DNA of 64,000 nucleotides from an uncultured delta proteobacterium (lineage in GTDB: Bacteria; Desulfobacterota; Zymogenia; Zymogenales; Zymogenaceae), in the NCBI GenBank assembly GCA_963735595.1, contig CAVTLK010000001.1:640001-704000 (forward strand). Direction: 5' to 3'. The notes below the pieces were generated by a model. The model saw only the letters and a program-made list of their open reading frames with translations. It was not told where the DNA came from and did not search any database. Positions 45,548-57,300 of this stretch are shown piece by piece. A program made the position numbers and the translations under genes. How positions within the stretch are numbered: position 1 is the first letter of the stretch; each line of letters opens with the position of its first letter.

Positions 45548-46465
45548 TTATAGGGCCGTGAAGTCTCTGATTTCGCGGAGGACGTCGTCGATGTCATAGG
45601 GATATTCGAGACGGTAAATCCTTTCCATTTTACGAAACCAGGTCATCTGGCGTTTGGCGTACCGTCTGGTGTTTCTTTTGATGAGCGCGATCGTCTCGTC
45701 AAGGCCGAGCTTCCCCTCGAGATGGTCCACGATCTCCCGGTACCCGATTGTCTCAAGCCCGGGCGACCGGGGGCCGTACCCCATATCGAGGAGACGCTGC
45801 ACTTCGCGAACGATCCCGTCCGATATCATCAGGTCAACCCGATCATCAATCCGACGGTTGAGGGCCTCGCGTTCCATCGAAAGGCAAAAGGTGATCGCAT
45901 CGTAGCGTCTCGTTGAAAACGAGTGGCGGGCCGCCAGCTCGCTCTTGGGTATCCCCGTCAATCGGTAGATCTCCAGGGCCCGAATAAGCCGTACCCGGTC
46001 GTTTTGGCCGATATGGCCGGCCGACCGGGCGTCTACCCGCTCAAGCTCCTCCCTCAGACGGTCGGTCGAAAGTACTCCCAGCTCCTCCCGCACCATCCCC
46101 CCGTCCGGCGAACCGGGCAGCTCGAAGATACCGAAGACCAGGGCCTTGAGGTAGAGGCCCGTCCCTCCTGTCACGATCGGGACTGCCGCGTCGCCGACGA
46201 TTTCTTCGATAGCGCGGTCTGCCGCCCGTGCATAGGCCATCGCGTTATATCGGCGGTCGGGATCGATTATATCAATGAGATAGTGGGGAACCCTCTCGCG
46301 TTCGGCCGTGGTCGGCTTGGCGGTGCCGATATCGAGGTATCGGTAGACCGCCGCAGAGTCCGCCGAGACGATCCGGCCGCCGATCTGTTCCGCTATATCC
46401 GCCGCGAGGCCCGATTTGCCCGAGGCGGTGGGGCCGGTGATGATAACGATTTTCGCCAGCGTCAT
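45548..46465 (-). CDS. miaA: tRNA dimethylallyltransferase
   Basis: GPTASGKS, DIGTAKP, GGTGLY, TRRYAKRQMTWF. Confidence 0.97.
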   Translation of the reverse strand: MTLAKIVIITGPTASGKSGLAADIAEQIGGRIVSADSAAVYRYLDIGTAKPTTAERERVPHYLIDIIDPDRRYNAMAYARAADRAIEEIVGDAAVPIVTGGTGLYLKALVFGIFELPGSPDGGMVREELGVLSTDRLREELERVDARSAGHIGQNDRVRLIRALEIYRLTGIPKSELAARHSFSTRRYDAITFCLSMEREALNRRIDDRVDLMISDGIVREVQRLLDMGYGPRSPGLETIGYREIVDHLEGKLGLDETIALIKRNTRRYAKRQMTWFRKMERIYRLEYPYDIDDVLREIRDFTAL

Positions 46466-46542
46466 GATTCGATTTCCCGCCGCCGAACGGCATACGTTAT
46501 CCGAGACGGCCGTGACGAATACCTCGACGGTCCATCAGGCCG

Positions 46543-48327
46543 TCACGTCCTCCTGAAACGCCGCTCGATTTCCTGCCGGGTGATCCTGATCATCGTCGGC
46601 CTCCCGTGGGGACAGTGAGCGGCAAAGGGAGTATTCTCGATCTCGCCGATGAGCCCGTCTATCTCCTGGACCGAGAGGTCCCTGCCCGCCCGAACCGATC
46701 CGTGACAGGCCACGGCCTTGATCATTCGATCGACCGTCTCCTCGATTCCCGGCCGGCCGGTTTCCTCCCGGAGTTCTTCGGCAATCCCCATGACGAGGCC
46801 CCGCACGTCGGCGTCTTTGACAATCGAAGGGACGGCCGAGACCAGAAGCGTCGCGCCCCCGAATTCTTCCAGCTCAAAGCCGATCATGTTGATTTCGTCC
46901 AGATACCTGACGACGGCGGCACGGATGGGGCCGTCGAGTTCCAGGGTGATCGGGAAGAGGAGCCGCTGCTTGGCCACGGCGTTCCGGGAGCGGCCCGCCT
47001 TGATTCGCTCGTACACCACGCGCTCGTGCGCGGCGTGCTGGTCGACGAGGACCAATCCCTGTCCGTCCGAGAGGACGATGTAGGTGCCAAGGACCTGTCC
47101 CAGGAGTTTTGCACCCGGTCCTACGGCCTCCTCCATCTCTCCCGGGATCTCGGGGAAGATTTCCGCTTCTTCACCCCGGGGATACAAATCGGCCGGCGCC
47201 GCCCCGGGGCGGTCGGAGAGAGAGGCCCAGAGGTCCATCGCCTCCCGTATCGATCCCTCGGCAGGCCTTTGGACGTCGCGTTCGGAGTCGTAGTGGGTCG
47301 GCCTGCCAACAGAGATGGAGACTTTCGTGAGCCGCCGAACCGCCGCATCGACCGACCGGTAGACGACTCCGCCGACGAGCTTCGGATCGACGAACTTTAC
47401 CTCGCGCTTGGTCGGGTGAATATTGACGTCCACCTCCGAAAACGGGAGCTGTATGAAGATTACCGCGACCGGAAACCGCCCGCTAGTAATCAGGCCGGAA
47501 TAGGCGCGCACGATCGCCGCGGTGAGCGAATAGTCTCGCACCGGGCGGTCATTGACGAAGAGGTGTATGCCGGACTGAGTCGAGCGGGATTCTTCGGGCC
47601 GTCCGATGAGGCCCGTTGCCCTGATACCTTCTTCCTCGCCGTGCACTTCCTCCAGGTCCCGGGCGACACGCCTTCCCAGGACGTCCCCGGCCCGCTCTCT
47701 CAACGTCCCGGGCGGCGCACTGATTGCCTCCTTGCCGTCGGCCGTCAACCGGAACCGGACGTCCGGACGCGAGAGGGAGTGCTTAACGATCACGTCGTAA
47801 CCGTTGAGGTATTCGGTACGGTCGCTCTTGAGGAACTTCCGGCGCGCGGGCACCGAATAGAAGAGATCCTCCACGATAACCCGTGTGCCTTCCGGAATCC
47901 CCGCGTCCCGGACGTGCTGGACGACTCCTCCGGCGGCGACAATCTCGGTCCCGGCGTCGGCCCCGCGCTCCCGCGAGAAAAGCGTAAACCTCGATACGGA
48001 CGCGATCGAGGGGAGCGCCTCTCCCCGAAAACCGAGGGTGTGAATCGCCCCCAGGTCCTGCCTATCGGTTATCTTGCTGGTCGCATGACGCTGGAGGGCC
48101 AGCCGAACGTCGGCGGCGCTCATCCCGATCCCGTCATCCACCACGACGATACGCTGCTTACCCCCGGTTAACATCTCGATATCAATACTGCGGGCTTCGG
48201 CGTCAAGGGAGTTTTCCACGAGCTCCCTGATCACCGATGACGGGCGTTCGACGATCTCACCTGCCGCTATGAGGTTGATGAGCGTATCGGGCAACAGCTT
48301 GATTTTGGGTTGTTCGTTAACGCCCAT
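46543..48327 (-). CDS. mutL: DNA mismatch repair protein MutL
   Basis: IAAGEIVERP, GFRGEAL, DQHAAHER, CPHGRP. Confidence 0.98.
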   Translation of the reverse strand: MGVNEQPKIKLLPDTLINLIAAGEIVERPSSVIRELVENSLDAEARSIDIEMLTGGKQRIVVVDDGIGMSAADVRLALQRHATSKITDRQDLGAIHTLGFRGEALPSIASVSRFTLFSRERGADAGTEIVAAGGVVQHVRDAGIPEGTRVIVEDLFYSVPARRKFLKSDRTEYLNGYDVIVKHSLSRPDVRFRLTADGKEAISAPPGTLRERAGDVLGRRVARDLEEVHGEEEGIRATGLIGRPEESRSTQSGIHLFVNDRPVRDYSLTAAIVRAYSGLITSGRFPVAVIFIQLPFSEVDVNIHPTKREVKFVDPKLVGGVVYRSVDAAVRRLTKVSISVGRPTHYDSERDVQRPAEGSIREAMDLWASLSDRPGAAPADLYPRGEEAEIFPEIPGEMEEAVGPGAKLLGQVLGTYIVLSDGQGLVLVDQHAAHERVVYERIKAGRSRNAVAKQRLLFPITLELDGPIRAAVVRYLDEINMIGFELEEFGGATLLVSAVPSIVKDADVRGLVMGIAEELREETGRPGIEETVDRMIKAVACHGSVRAGRDLSVQEIDGLIGEIENTPFAAHCPHGRPTMIRITRQEIERRFRRT

Positions 48328-48381
48328 CGGTATCCTTCGCTATGGCGGGTTCCCGGCTGCGGGGTCCAGATCGCACCGCGG

Positions 48382-50088
48382 CTAGAACTCCATCCTGGAC
48401 AGTCGCCGTACGCCGAGCCTCATCGGGACAAAAAAGACCGCCAGATTCAGGGCAATAATCAGGGCCGCCGATACGATGAGGCTCGCATATTCGTACGTTC
48501 CCGGAAGCATCTGCTCCCGGAAATAGACGTAGACCGGCCGCGCCTCGATAACGATAGACAGTCCTATATAGATCAGTCCGATTATCATGTAGATGATGCC
48601 CCCAAACCCGGCGGCGATCTGGGCAACGTTCTCATAGAAGAACCGGGGATAAATCGCCCCGAGCCCCACTCCCAGCGCCGTGAGCGAGAGGCCGAACAGG
48701 AACACCGTTACGGTAGAAAGCACCATCATGAAAGGAGCCACGCCCAGAAGGATGTTGGAGGCGATTATGAGAAATTCGCCGAGGACGATTATCGGAACGA
48801 CATAGATAGAAAACTTACTCCAGAGAAACTGCCTGACCGACAGTGGTGAAGTAAAGATAATCCAGTACGCCTGCCCCTCGAGGCTCGTCGTGGGGAAGAT
48901 GAACCTCACGGCCAGGGCGGCGATTACAAATCCGGTGAGACCGAGGTTGAGAAACGCCGTAACGTCCTTGAGAAAATCGCTCGTCGCCGGGATGCTCCGT
49001 ATTGAAAAGAGATACATGACAATAAGGGAGGCTAACAGGAAGAGCTGGGACCACTGTGTCGGGTCCCTGAACAACGTCTTGATGTCCTTCACGACGACCG
49101 CCCTCCGCTCCGAATCAAGCGGAGAAAAGATGCGGTCAACGAAGCCGAAGCCACGGACACGACGTTCCGTCCCCCGATCCCGGCCCTCGGAGCTCTTCGA
49201 AAAGCCGGGGAAGTAGATGAATCGGGAAACCGCCATAACCGCGGCTGTTCCGAGGATAGCCCCGGCGACCAGGAAGATGAGGTTTTGCGTGAAGACGCCC
49301 GTCTCTTGCCCCACCATCGAATTGATCAGGTGAGAAAGCCACGTGGAGGGGAGAAACGGATACTTAGGCACCCGCAGCTCTTCCAGTGCCAGCATGAATA
49401 CCGGCTGCGAGAGCGTGCTGATATCCTCATAGAGCGACTCCGGCCTGAGGTACCGAAAGAAGAAGATGAGCCCCCCCGCGAAAACCATCCCGAGGACGGT
49501 CAGCACCTGATGGGTACGCCGTGCGGGAAAGAAACGCAACAACAGCATCGTCATGAGGGTCCCGATAGCGGCAGGGATCAATATGAACGGGATCAGGAGC
49601 AACACGATTCCTGCATAGAAGCCGACGCCCGCGCCGAAGGCGCGGCCTAAGGCAAAATATATGGGGAGGCCGAAGATGACGACCATGTAGGAGCTGTTGA
49701 CGGTGCTTTGGGCGAATTTCGCCGCAAACAGCCGGGTATGCGGTATCGGTGACGAAATCAGGAGGTCCAGGTCGCGCGAGAGGTAGAGGGCCGACAGCGA
49801 AGCGATGATATTGCTGAAAACCAGGACCGAAAAAAGCGTGAGGTTGATCATCGCCATGAGGCGATCGACGAGGATCGATCCCACCTGCGCAATATCCAAC
49901 CCGACTATCGGCTGGGGATTCAGGAGGAGGCCCAGGATTCGATAGAAAAGTATATAGTCAAGGACGATAAAAACGACCCCTCCGACGCCGAAAAAGACGA
50001 TCTTGAGGGTTTTCTCCCCGGTCGGGTTTTTGAGGTCGTTGAAGGTCGATCTGATCTTCTCGCCCCATAGGGTCATCAACTGGCTCAT
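48382..50088 (-). CDS. Putative ABC exporter permease
   Basis: Multi-TM protein, LISSP and KD..T.FRDP motifs, adjacent to an ABC ATPase. Confidence 0.75.
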   Translation of the reverse strand: MSQLMTLWGEKIRSTFNDLKNPTGEKTLKIVFFGVGGVVFIVLDYILFYRILGLLLNPQPIVGLDIAQVGSILVDRLMAMINLTLFSVLVFSNIIASLSALYLSRDLDLLISSPIPHTRLFAAKFAQSTVNSSYMVVIFGLPIYFALGRAFGAGVGFYAGIVLLLIPFILIPAAIGTLMTMLLLRFFPARRTHQVLTVLGMVFAGGLIFFFRYLRPESLYEDISTLSQPVFMLALEELRVPKYPFLPSTWLSHLINSMVGQETGVFTQNLIFLVAGAILGTAAVMAVSRFIYFPGFSKSSEGRDRGTERRVRGFGFVDRIFSPLDSERRAVVVKDIKTLFRDPTQWSQLFLLASLIVMYLFSIRSIPATSDFLKDVTAFLNLGLTGFVIAALAVRFIFPTTSLEGQAYWIIFTSPLSVRQFLWSKFSIYVVPIIVLGEFLIIASNILLGVAPFMMVLSTVTVFLFGLSLTALGVGLGAIYPRFFYENVAQIAAGFGGIIYMIIGLIYIGLSIVIEARPVYVYFREQMLPGTYEYASLIVSAALIIALNLAVFFVPMRLGVRRLSRMEF

Positions 50089-50822
50089 CGGGCGACACCG
50101 TCCTCCTCGGTGAGGGTAAAGAATATCTCCTCCAATTCCCGCGAGCTCGTGTGAGCTGCCGTCATTAAATCGTCGATAGAGCCCGCGGCTACGAGCTCCC
50201 CTTTATTGATAATTCCGATTCGGTGGCACATCTGTTCGGCGTGGGCCAGCGTGTGGGTAGACATAAAGATGGTCGTCCCGTTTCTTGAAAGGTCGGTAAA
50301 TATCTCGCCGACCAGCTTTATGCTGCGGGGGTCGAGCCCCACCATTGGCTCGTCCACGATAATTATTTCGGGGTCGTGGAGGAGCGCCTGTGCCATTACG
50401 GTCTTTTGTTTCATCCCGTGGGAATACCCCTCGATGAAATCATCGAGCCATCCTCCCATCGAGAACATATGTGATACGATCTCGATCTTCTCGTTGATCT
50501 TCGCCCGGTCCATGCCCCACAGGCTGCCGATGAACCCGAGGAATTCTCTGCCGGTCAGCTTTTCGTAGATGAAGGGTTTATCCGGGATATAGGCGCAGAT
50601 CCGGCGCGCCGCCGTTGCGTCGCGCTCCAATGGAATGTTCGAAAGGCGGATCGAGCCCGCGGAGGGCCTCAAGAGCCCGGCCATCATCTTAATGGTCGTG
50701 GTCTTGCCCGCCCCGTTGGGACCCAGGAAGCCGAAAAACTCACCGCGCCCGACGGTTAGCGTCAGGTCATTGACCGCCCTGATTCTTCCGTAATCCTTAA
50801 CGAGATGCGATAGTTCGATCAC
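50085..50822 (-). CDS. ABC transporter ATP-binding protein
   Basis: GPNGAGKTT, YSHGMKQ, IIVDEP, STH; probable GTG start 50822. Confidence 0.93.
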   Translation of the reverse strand: MIELSHLVKDYGRIRAVNDLTLTVGRGEFFGFLGPNGAGKTTTIKMMAGLLRPSAGSIRLSNIPLERDATAARRICAYIPDKPFIYEKLTGREFLGFIGSLWGMDRAKINEKIEIVSHMFSMGGWLDDFIEGYSHGMKQKTVMAQALLHDPEIIIVDEPMVGLDPRSIKLVGEIFTDLSRNGTTIFMSTHTLAHAEQMCHRIGIINKGELVAAGSIDDLMTAAHTSSRELEEIFFTLTEEDGVAR

Positions 50823-51568
50823 GATTCCCCCTCCTGGCGTTCCATCAGCCGGCGATAGATTACCTCTCCGATCGAAAGACCGATGTCGATGAATTCCGGG
50901 CCGTATCGCCGCCCGGTTTCGGTCCGAAACGTTTCTTTGATCCGCTCTATCCCCCCGATACTCTTGTGGTATCCCGCCAGCATGCGCCCCACGTCGATAT
51001 GCGAATACTCGAGCATATCCCACAGGGTGACGATGAAGTTATCCGGGCCCCAGCGAAATTTATCGGCGTCATACAGGGAGTCGGAGATAGTCTTTGCCGT
51101 GCGATCGGCTATCGGGGTTTGCTGCCTGAAGGCCTCATGATTCCTGATGGCCCCCACGATTATCGTCCTGCGGGCGGCGTCCATCCCGTATTGTTCGAGT
51201 ATCAGGTCGGCATCCTCGGCGCTCCTCTCGGCGTGATTGGATTCCTTCCTCCGTATATCGTGCAGCAGTCCCGCCGTCTGTACGGCGATTATCGCCTCGG
51301 TTGCCTTCGGGCCGGCCTCTCGCATCTCTACGGCAACAATCGTGCCGGCATCCAGCGCCACAAGCTCCGAATGCGACAGTCCGTGCCCGATATTATCGGC
51401 CTGCCCCGACAGGTAGTCTCTATATCGCCCAACCGTCTCGTCGGTATGGTAGATACTCGTGGAGAGCTCAACGGCCGACTTATTTTCGCGATAGAAACGG
51501 GGTATACCGGCCTGCCGCCCGGCTTCCCGCGCGACGAGCCTGGCCTCGTCAATCGTAATAGGCCTCAT
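50819..51568 (-). CDS. HD-domain protein
   Basis: GHG..H, GLLHDI, NHA, RNHEAF, LYDADK. Confidence 0.8.
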   Translation of the reverse strand: MRPITIDEARLVAREAGRQAGIPRFYRENKSAVELSTSIYHTDETVGRYRDYLSGQADNIGHGLSHSELVALDAGTIVAVEMREAGPKATEAIIAVQTAGLLHDIRRKESNHAERSAEDADLILEQYGMDAARRTIIVGAIRNHEAFRQQTPIADRTAKTISDSLYDADKFRWGPDNFIVTLWDMLEYSHIDVGRMLAGYHKSIGGIERIKETFRTETGRRYGPEFIDIGLSIGEVIYRRLMERQEGES

Positions 51569-51684
51569 TGGTCAATGATACAGGAATCACCACGCCGCTG
51601 TCAATGGCCGGCCGTAGTTTCGATTGCGGATTGCCGGAGATTATGGTAGTATATATTTACTACCTCATTGAGGGAGGCGATAAG

Positions 51685-51840
51685 ATGACTGGAAAGATGA
51701 AAAAGGCCCTTCTTGCCCTCATGATCGTCATCACGTTGGGGGCAGGCTTCGGCTGCGCGACGGCGTCCGTGGGATTCGGATACCACGTCCCCGTCACGTC
51801 CCGCTTTGGAACCGGGGTCTATTTCGGCTTCGGTTTTTAG
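51685..51840 (+). CDS. Small putative lipoprotein (51 aa)
   Basis: GGAGG SD; basic N-terminus, hydrophobic core, GFGC lipobox-like site; fills an intergenic gap. Confidence 0.6.
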   Translation: MTGKMKKALLALMIVITLGAGFGCATASVGFGYHVPVTSRFGTGVYFGFGF

Positions 51841-52568
51841 GCGCCGAGCGCGACGATCTTCACGTCTCCGGCGGCGCCGATCTTCCCGCCGGCGATCGCC
51901 ACCGCGCCGAATACGCCCGGTATCCCGGTGATATCGGACAGTGCCGGTTCTATGTCCATTGTTTTCTTCACCCGGTTTCCCAGCGCAGTGGCGGCGGCGT
52001 CCGCGAGCGCCCCATACCCGGCCACAACCGTTGCGAGATCCGCCGTGCCCAGGCTCAGAGACCGGCCGATAAGCGCCGACGATGAACATATGCCGAGCCC
52101 TCGTTTCGCATCACCGATCTCAATGCCGACGCTCGGCCCTTCGTTTTCGGCGTACAGGGCGATCACCCGGGTATCCCCCGAAATCAGGAAGACGTCCCCG
52201 CCGTTTTCCACTATGATCTCACTCGAGGACGGCAAAAGCCTTCGGGCGACGAATTCGGCGATTGCGCCCGCCACACCGGCCATCGGCCCCACCCCCGAGA
52301 GACCCGAATCCCGGATCATCTCCTTGATGATGGGCGCGGCGTACGGGTCATCGGCGATGGGGATGAGCGATGTCTGGAATTCGGACCTGGATCGAATATA
52401 TCCTTCGACGGTGTTACGTGCGTCCATAACCGCCGAGTATGCCTCATCGGTCAGGTCGGTCTCGGCCCGAATAAGAAGGTTGGTTTCTTTGACGGTGACG
52501 GAAAACTCGACGAGATCCGCGCTCCGTGATATCGTCCGATAGGTCCGGTTTTCAAACAATCGCTGCAC
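51837..52568 (-). CDS. UPF0280 / ApbE-superfamily protein (start approximate)
   Basis: VGPMAGVAGAIAE, IVENGGD, GRSLSLG.AD..TV...ALADAAATALGN. Confidence 0.85.
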   Translation of the reverse strand: MQRLFENRTYRTISRSADLVEFSVTVKETNLLIRAETDLTDEAYSAVMDARNTVEGYIRSRSEFQTSLIPIADDPYAAPIIKEMIRDSGLSGVGPMAGVAGAIAEFVARRLLPSSSEIIVENGGDVFLISGDTRVIALYAENEGPSVGIEIGDAKRGLGICSSSALIGRSLSLGTADLATVVAGYGALADAAATALGNRVKKTMDIEPALSDITGIPGVFGAVAIAGGKIGAAGDVKIVALGA

Positions 52569-52588
52569 TTCTGTCCCACGGCTCCCGT

Positions 52589-53294
52589 CTACTTCTTTTC
52601 CCGTCGGTGCGGAGCCTTCGCGCCTTCGCAAACGTCCGCCGGCAGGCTCTCATGTTCCTTCAGCTTCTTCTCGAGGGACCGCACTTTCTTGATCAGGAAT
52701 TGAATCGCCTCTTCCTCGGGATCGGGGAGGAGATGGTGTTCGAGGTTAACGTCCTCGTGGGGCTCACCCTCCTGCGAGAGGATAATCCGGCCGGGTACGC
52801 CGACAACGGTCGACCGGGCGGGGAGTATCCCTGACGACGACCGAGTTGGCGCCGATGCGCGTGTATGCGCCTATGATGCAGGGACCGATAATCTTGGTTC
52901 CGGCGCCCACCACCACGTGATCGGCCAGGTCCGGGTGGCGTTTTTCCTTTTTCCAGCTCTTGCCGCCGAGCGTCACCCCCTGGTAGAGGGTTACGTTGTC
53001 TCCGATAATCGAGGTCTCCCCAACGACAACGCCCATCCCGTGGTCGATGAAGAAACGCCTTCCTATCGTGGCCCCGGGATGAATCTCGATGCCGGTGATG
53101 AATCGGCCGAACTGGGAGAGGATGCGTCCGATCAGCTTAAGCCTATGGTTCCACAGGAAATGGGAAAGCCGGTAGATCAGAAGGGCGTGCAGCCCCGGGT
53201 AGCAGATGAGTATCTCCAGGGTCGTCCGGGCGGCCGGGTCCCGCTCGTAGATTACCTGAATATCCTCCTTGATCGTCCGAATGCAGCGAAACAT
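52589..53294 (-). CDS. cysE: Serine O-acetyltransferase (frameshift near 52820)
   Basis: [31 protein letters not shown]-terminus LEHHLLPDP in shifted frame. Confidence 0.93.
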
Positions 53295-53395
53295 ATGTAT
53301 ATCCTTTCAGAAAATAGTCGAGGATGTGTGGAAGATCGCGCCGGCCGCGCGCTCCGATACGACACCAATCCGGACGGCGATAGCCGGATATCCTC

Positions 53396-54353
53396 CTACG
53401 AAGTAAACACTCCGATCCTTCTGAATCGTTCATAGCGGGCGCCGACAAGCCGGTCGACGGGAATCTTCATGAGCTCCGAGAGGTGCCGGTGTACGGCGCC
53501 GGCAAGCCTCTCGGCCGCGGCCGCGTGATCCCGGTGGGCGCCGCCGTGTGGCTCCGGTATTACCTCGTCGATCAGCCCGAAGGCAAGGTTATCCTGCGCG
53601 GTGGATTTGAGCGCTTCGGCGGCCTTGCGCTTCATGGTGTGGTCTTTCCAGAGTATCGACGCACATCCTTCCGGAGAAACTACCGAATAAGGTGGCATGC
53701 TCCATCATCAATAACCGATCCGCGACCGCAAGCGCCAGCGCACCGCCGCTGCCGCCCTCCCCCAGCACAACGGTGACGATCGGGGTCCTGAGCAGCGACA
53801 GGACCGCCATCGAGCGGGCAATCGCCTCAGATTGGCCCCGTTCCTCCGCCGCGACGCCGGGGTACGCCCCCGGGGTATCTACCATCGTGATAAGGGGAAG
53901 CGAAAAGCGCTCGGCCAGTTCCATCAGCCGCTGGGCCTTTCGGTAGCCTTCCGGGTGGGGCATCCCGAAGTTCCGCGTCATCCGCTCCTTCAATCCCCGC
54001 CCCTTCTGATTACCGATGACCATAACCTTTACGTCACGAAAAGTCCCGAATCCCCCCACAACGGCCGGATCGTCTGCGAAGAGCCGGTCACCCTTCAGTT
54101 CAATAAAGTCGTCAAATATCAGCGAGATGTAGTCGAGCATCTGGGGCCGCTTTTCATGCCGCGATATCTCGACCTTTTTCCAGCGATCCATCTTCGAAAA
54201 GTAGTCGAGTTCGAGCCGCTCCGCCTGGGCCTGGAGTTTCTCGAGCGACTTGCGTATGTCGGGATGCGGTTCACCCCCCGACGCGGTCTCTATCGACCGG
54301 ATCTTTCGATGCAGCTCGCGGATGCTCCGCTCAAATTTCGCTCCATTGTCCAC
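53396..54353 (-). CDS. accA: Acetyl-CoA carboxylase carboxyltransferase alpha (frameshift near 53690)
   Basis: PEGYRKA, DTPGAYPG..AEERGQ, GEGGSGGAL, YSVVSPEGCASILW. Confidence 0.94.
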
Positions 54354-54369
54354 CGATCGTTTCTCCCGT

Positions 54370-57300
54370 TTAAGCCAGATTTATCGATCCGTCATAAAAG
54401 AGTTGCCCTACCGCCTTGATGAACCCGTCGGTAGGGTCCACCGTGAGTTGTTCGGGAAGCGAGATCGTCACGCATCCCTCGTGCTCATTGCATATCCGCA
54501 GGAAAACCCTGGATGACCCGCGGTTTTCTTCTATCAGCCGTCTGAGGGCGGCGATCCGCTCCTCGGGGAGATCGAGGTCGTTCACCTCGATATAGACCGA
54601 TCGTGCGCCGTTTTGCGGGACCTTGCTGAGGGGGGTTATCTTCCTGACGAGCACCTTGACCGATTCCTCGCCTTTGTCGAGATTTCCTTCCATGAGTATC
54701 GGTATGTCTCCGACAAGATATTCCCGCGACTCGGCAAACGTATCCGCAAAAACGACCGTCTCGACGAGCCCCTTGGTGTCTTCCAGTGTCACGAAGGCCA
54801 TCCGGTCTCCCTTCTTGGTGATGATCTCCCTGATGGCAGCTACGATCCCGCCGATAACTACCGTTGACTTATCCTGCATCTCCCCGATCGAAACGGTATC
54901 GCAGGTGGCGATGCCCTTGAGTATGGTGAGGTATTGGTTGAGGGGGTGGCCGGTAATGTAAAACCCGAGGCTTTCCTTCTCGTTGGCCATCGTCACCTGA
55001 TCGCTCCAGTCGGCCACGTCTCGGGTAGTCCCCCTCGAAATCCGCCACGGGTCCGGTTTGCGGGTCTTTCGTCCTGATGTGATCGAAGATGCTCATCTGC
55101 CCCAGTCTCTGGTTTTCCTGGTGGGTCTGGCCATTTTCCACCGCCCGGTCCACGGCCGCCATCATCCTGGCACGGCTGCGGCCGAAGCAATCGAAGGCGC
55201 CGCATTTGATGAGGCTTTCCACTACCCGTTTGTTGACCTTCCTCAGATCGACCCTGCGCGCGAAATCGAACAGGGACGTAAAGGGGCCGCCGGTCTCTTT
55301 GGCCTCGATGATCGATTCGATGGCCGATTCCCCCACGTTCTTGACGGCCTTGAGCCCGAAGCGGATCACGTCTCCGGATACGCAGAAGTCAAGCCCGCTT
55401 TCGTTGACGTGGGGAGGAGCGGCCTCTATGCCCATGTCCCGGCACTCGCCGATGTACTTCATGATCTTGTCGGTATCGTCCATCTCCGAGGTCAGGAGGG
55501 CCGCCATGAATTCCACCGGATAGTGGGCCTTCAGGTACGCCGTCCGGTAGGCGACCATCGCGTAGGCCGCGCTGTGCGATTTGTTGAACCCGTATTCGGC
55601 GAATTCCTCCATCTGGGTGAAGATCTTCTCCGCCTTCTTGACGTCGATCCCGTTGTGGACGGCGCCGCCGACGAACTTCTCGCGTTGGCGCCCCATCTCC
55701 TCCCGTATCTTTTTACCCATGGCCCGGCGCAGCAGGTCGCTGTCGGCCGTCGTGAAATCGGCCAGTTTCATCGCCATCTGCATGACCTGCTCCTGGTAGA
55801 CCATGACGCCGTACGTGTCGGCCAGGATCTCCTTGAGCTGGGGCAGCTCGTATTTGATCGCCTTCTGGCTGTGTTTTCGTCTGATATACTCGTCGGTCAT
55901 ACCGGTATTGAGGGGGCCGGGGCGGTACAGCGCCACCAGCGCGATGATCTCTTCGAACTTCTCGGGGACGAGCCTGACCATCAAGTCCTTCATGCCGGTT
56001 CCCTCGAGCTGGAACACACCGTCGGTGTTCCCCGACTGAAAGAGCTCGTAGGTCTTTTTATCATCGAGCCTGATTCTCGATATGTCTATATCTTCGCCCC
56101 GGTTATCCTTGATCAGCCGTGTCGCGTGATCGATGACGGTCAGGGTCTTAAGGCCGAGGAAATCGAACTTGATCAGCCCGAGCTTCTCCACGCCCTTCAT
56201 ATCGAACTGGGTGACCACCTCGCCCTTCTGCCCCCTTGTCAGCGGCATATAATCCATCAGCGGGCGGTTACTGATCACCATCCCCGCGGCGTGCGTGGAG
56301 GAGTGGCGGTTGAGCCCTTCCAGCGATTTCGCAATCTCGATGAGACGGGAGACCCGCTGGTCGGATTCGACGAGCTCCCGCAGCCGGGGCTCGGCCTTGA
56401 CGGCGTCTTCCAGCATGATGTTCAGCGGCATGGTCGGGATCAGCTTGGCAATCCGGTCCACCTCGGGGTAGCTCATGTCCAGCACCCGCCCCACGTCCCG
56501 AACTACCGCCCGGGCCTGCATCTTGCCGAACGTGATGATCTGCGCGACCTGCTGCTGGCCGCCGTACTTCTCGGATACATACCGGATGACCTCATCCCGC
56601 CCGTTCCTGCAGAAGTCAATATCGATATCGGGCATCGATATCCGCTCCGGATTCAGGAACCGCTCGAAGAGGAGGTCGTAGGCCAGGGGGTCAATATCGG
56701 TAATGCCGAGGCTGTAAGCCACGAGGCTGCCGGCCGCCGATCCCCTGCCCGGCCCCACCGGGATACTGCTTTCTTTTGCGTAGTTAATGAAATCCGCAAC
56801 GATCAGGAAATAGCCGGCAAAGCCCATACTCATGATGGTGCCGACTTCTTTTTCGAGGCGATCAAGATAAAGCTGTCTGCTCCGTTCGGCGTCGTCTTTA
56901 CCCGAGAGCAGGCGGTCCGACCGGCGGTCAAAGCCGGCCCTGACCTCCCTCTCGAAGTAGGCGTTGATATCCTCTCCATCGGGAAGTCGGTATTCCGGGA
57001 ATTGAAAGGTGCCGAAGGAAAACTGAAATGAGCAGCGCTCGGCGACGGCGCAGGTATTGGCGATCGCATCGGGAATCTCGGCAAACGCCCGGGCCATCTC
57101 CTCGGGTGACTTGACGTAGAATTCGTCCGTCGTCATCCTGATACGGCCGGGGTCGCTGATGGTCTTTCCGGTCTGGATGCATAAGAGTACGTCATGGGCG
57201 GCCGCGTCCTGGCGCTTCATATAGTGGCAGTCGTTCGTGGCTACCATCGGCAGCGAGAGCTTACCGGCCATCTCGATGAGGGCGCGGTTGACCTTACGCT

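Noticed and set aside
54869..55030. Programmed frameshift or split (intein) dnaE
   Set aside because: Single extra base, no slippery sequence or intein motifs, and similar indels occur throughout the window
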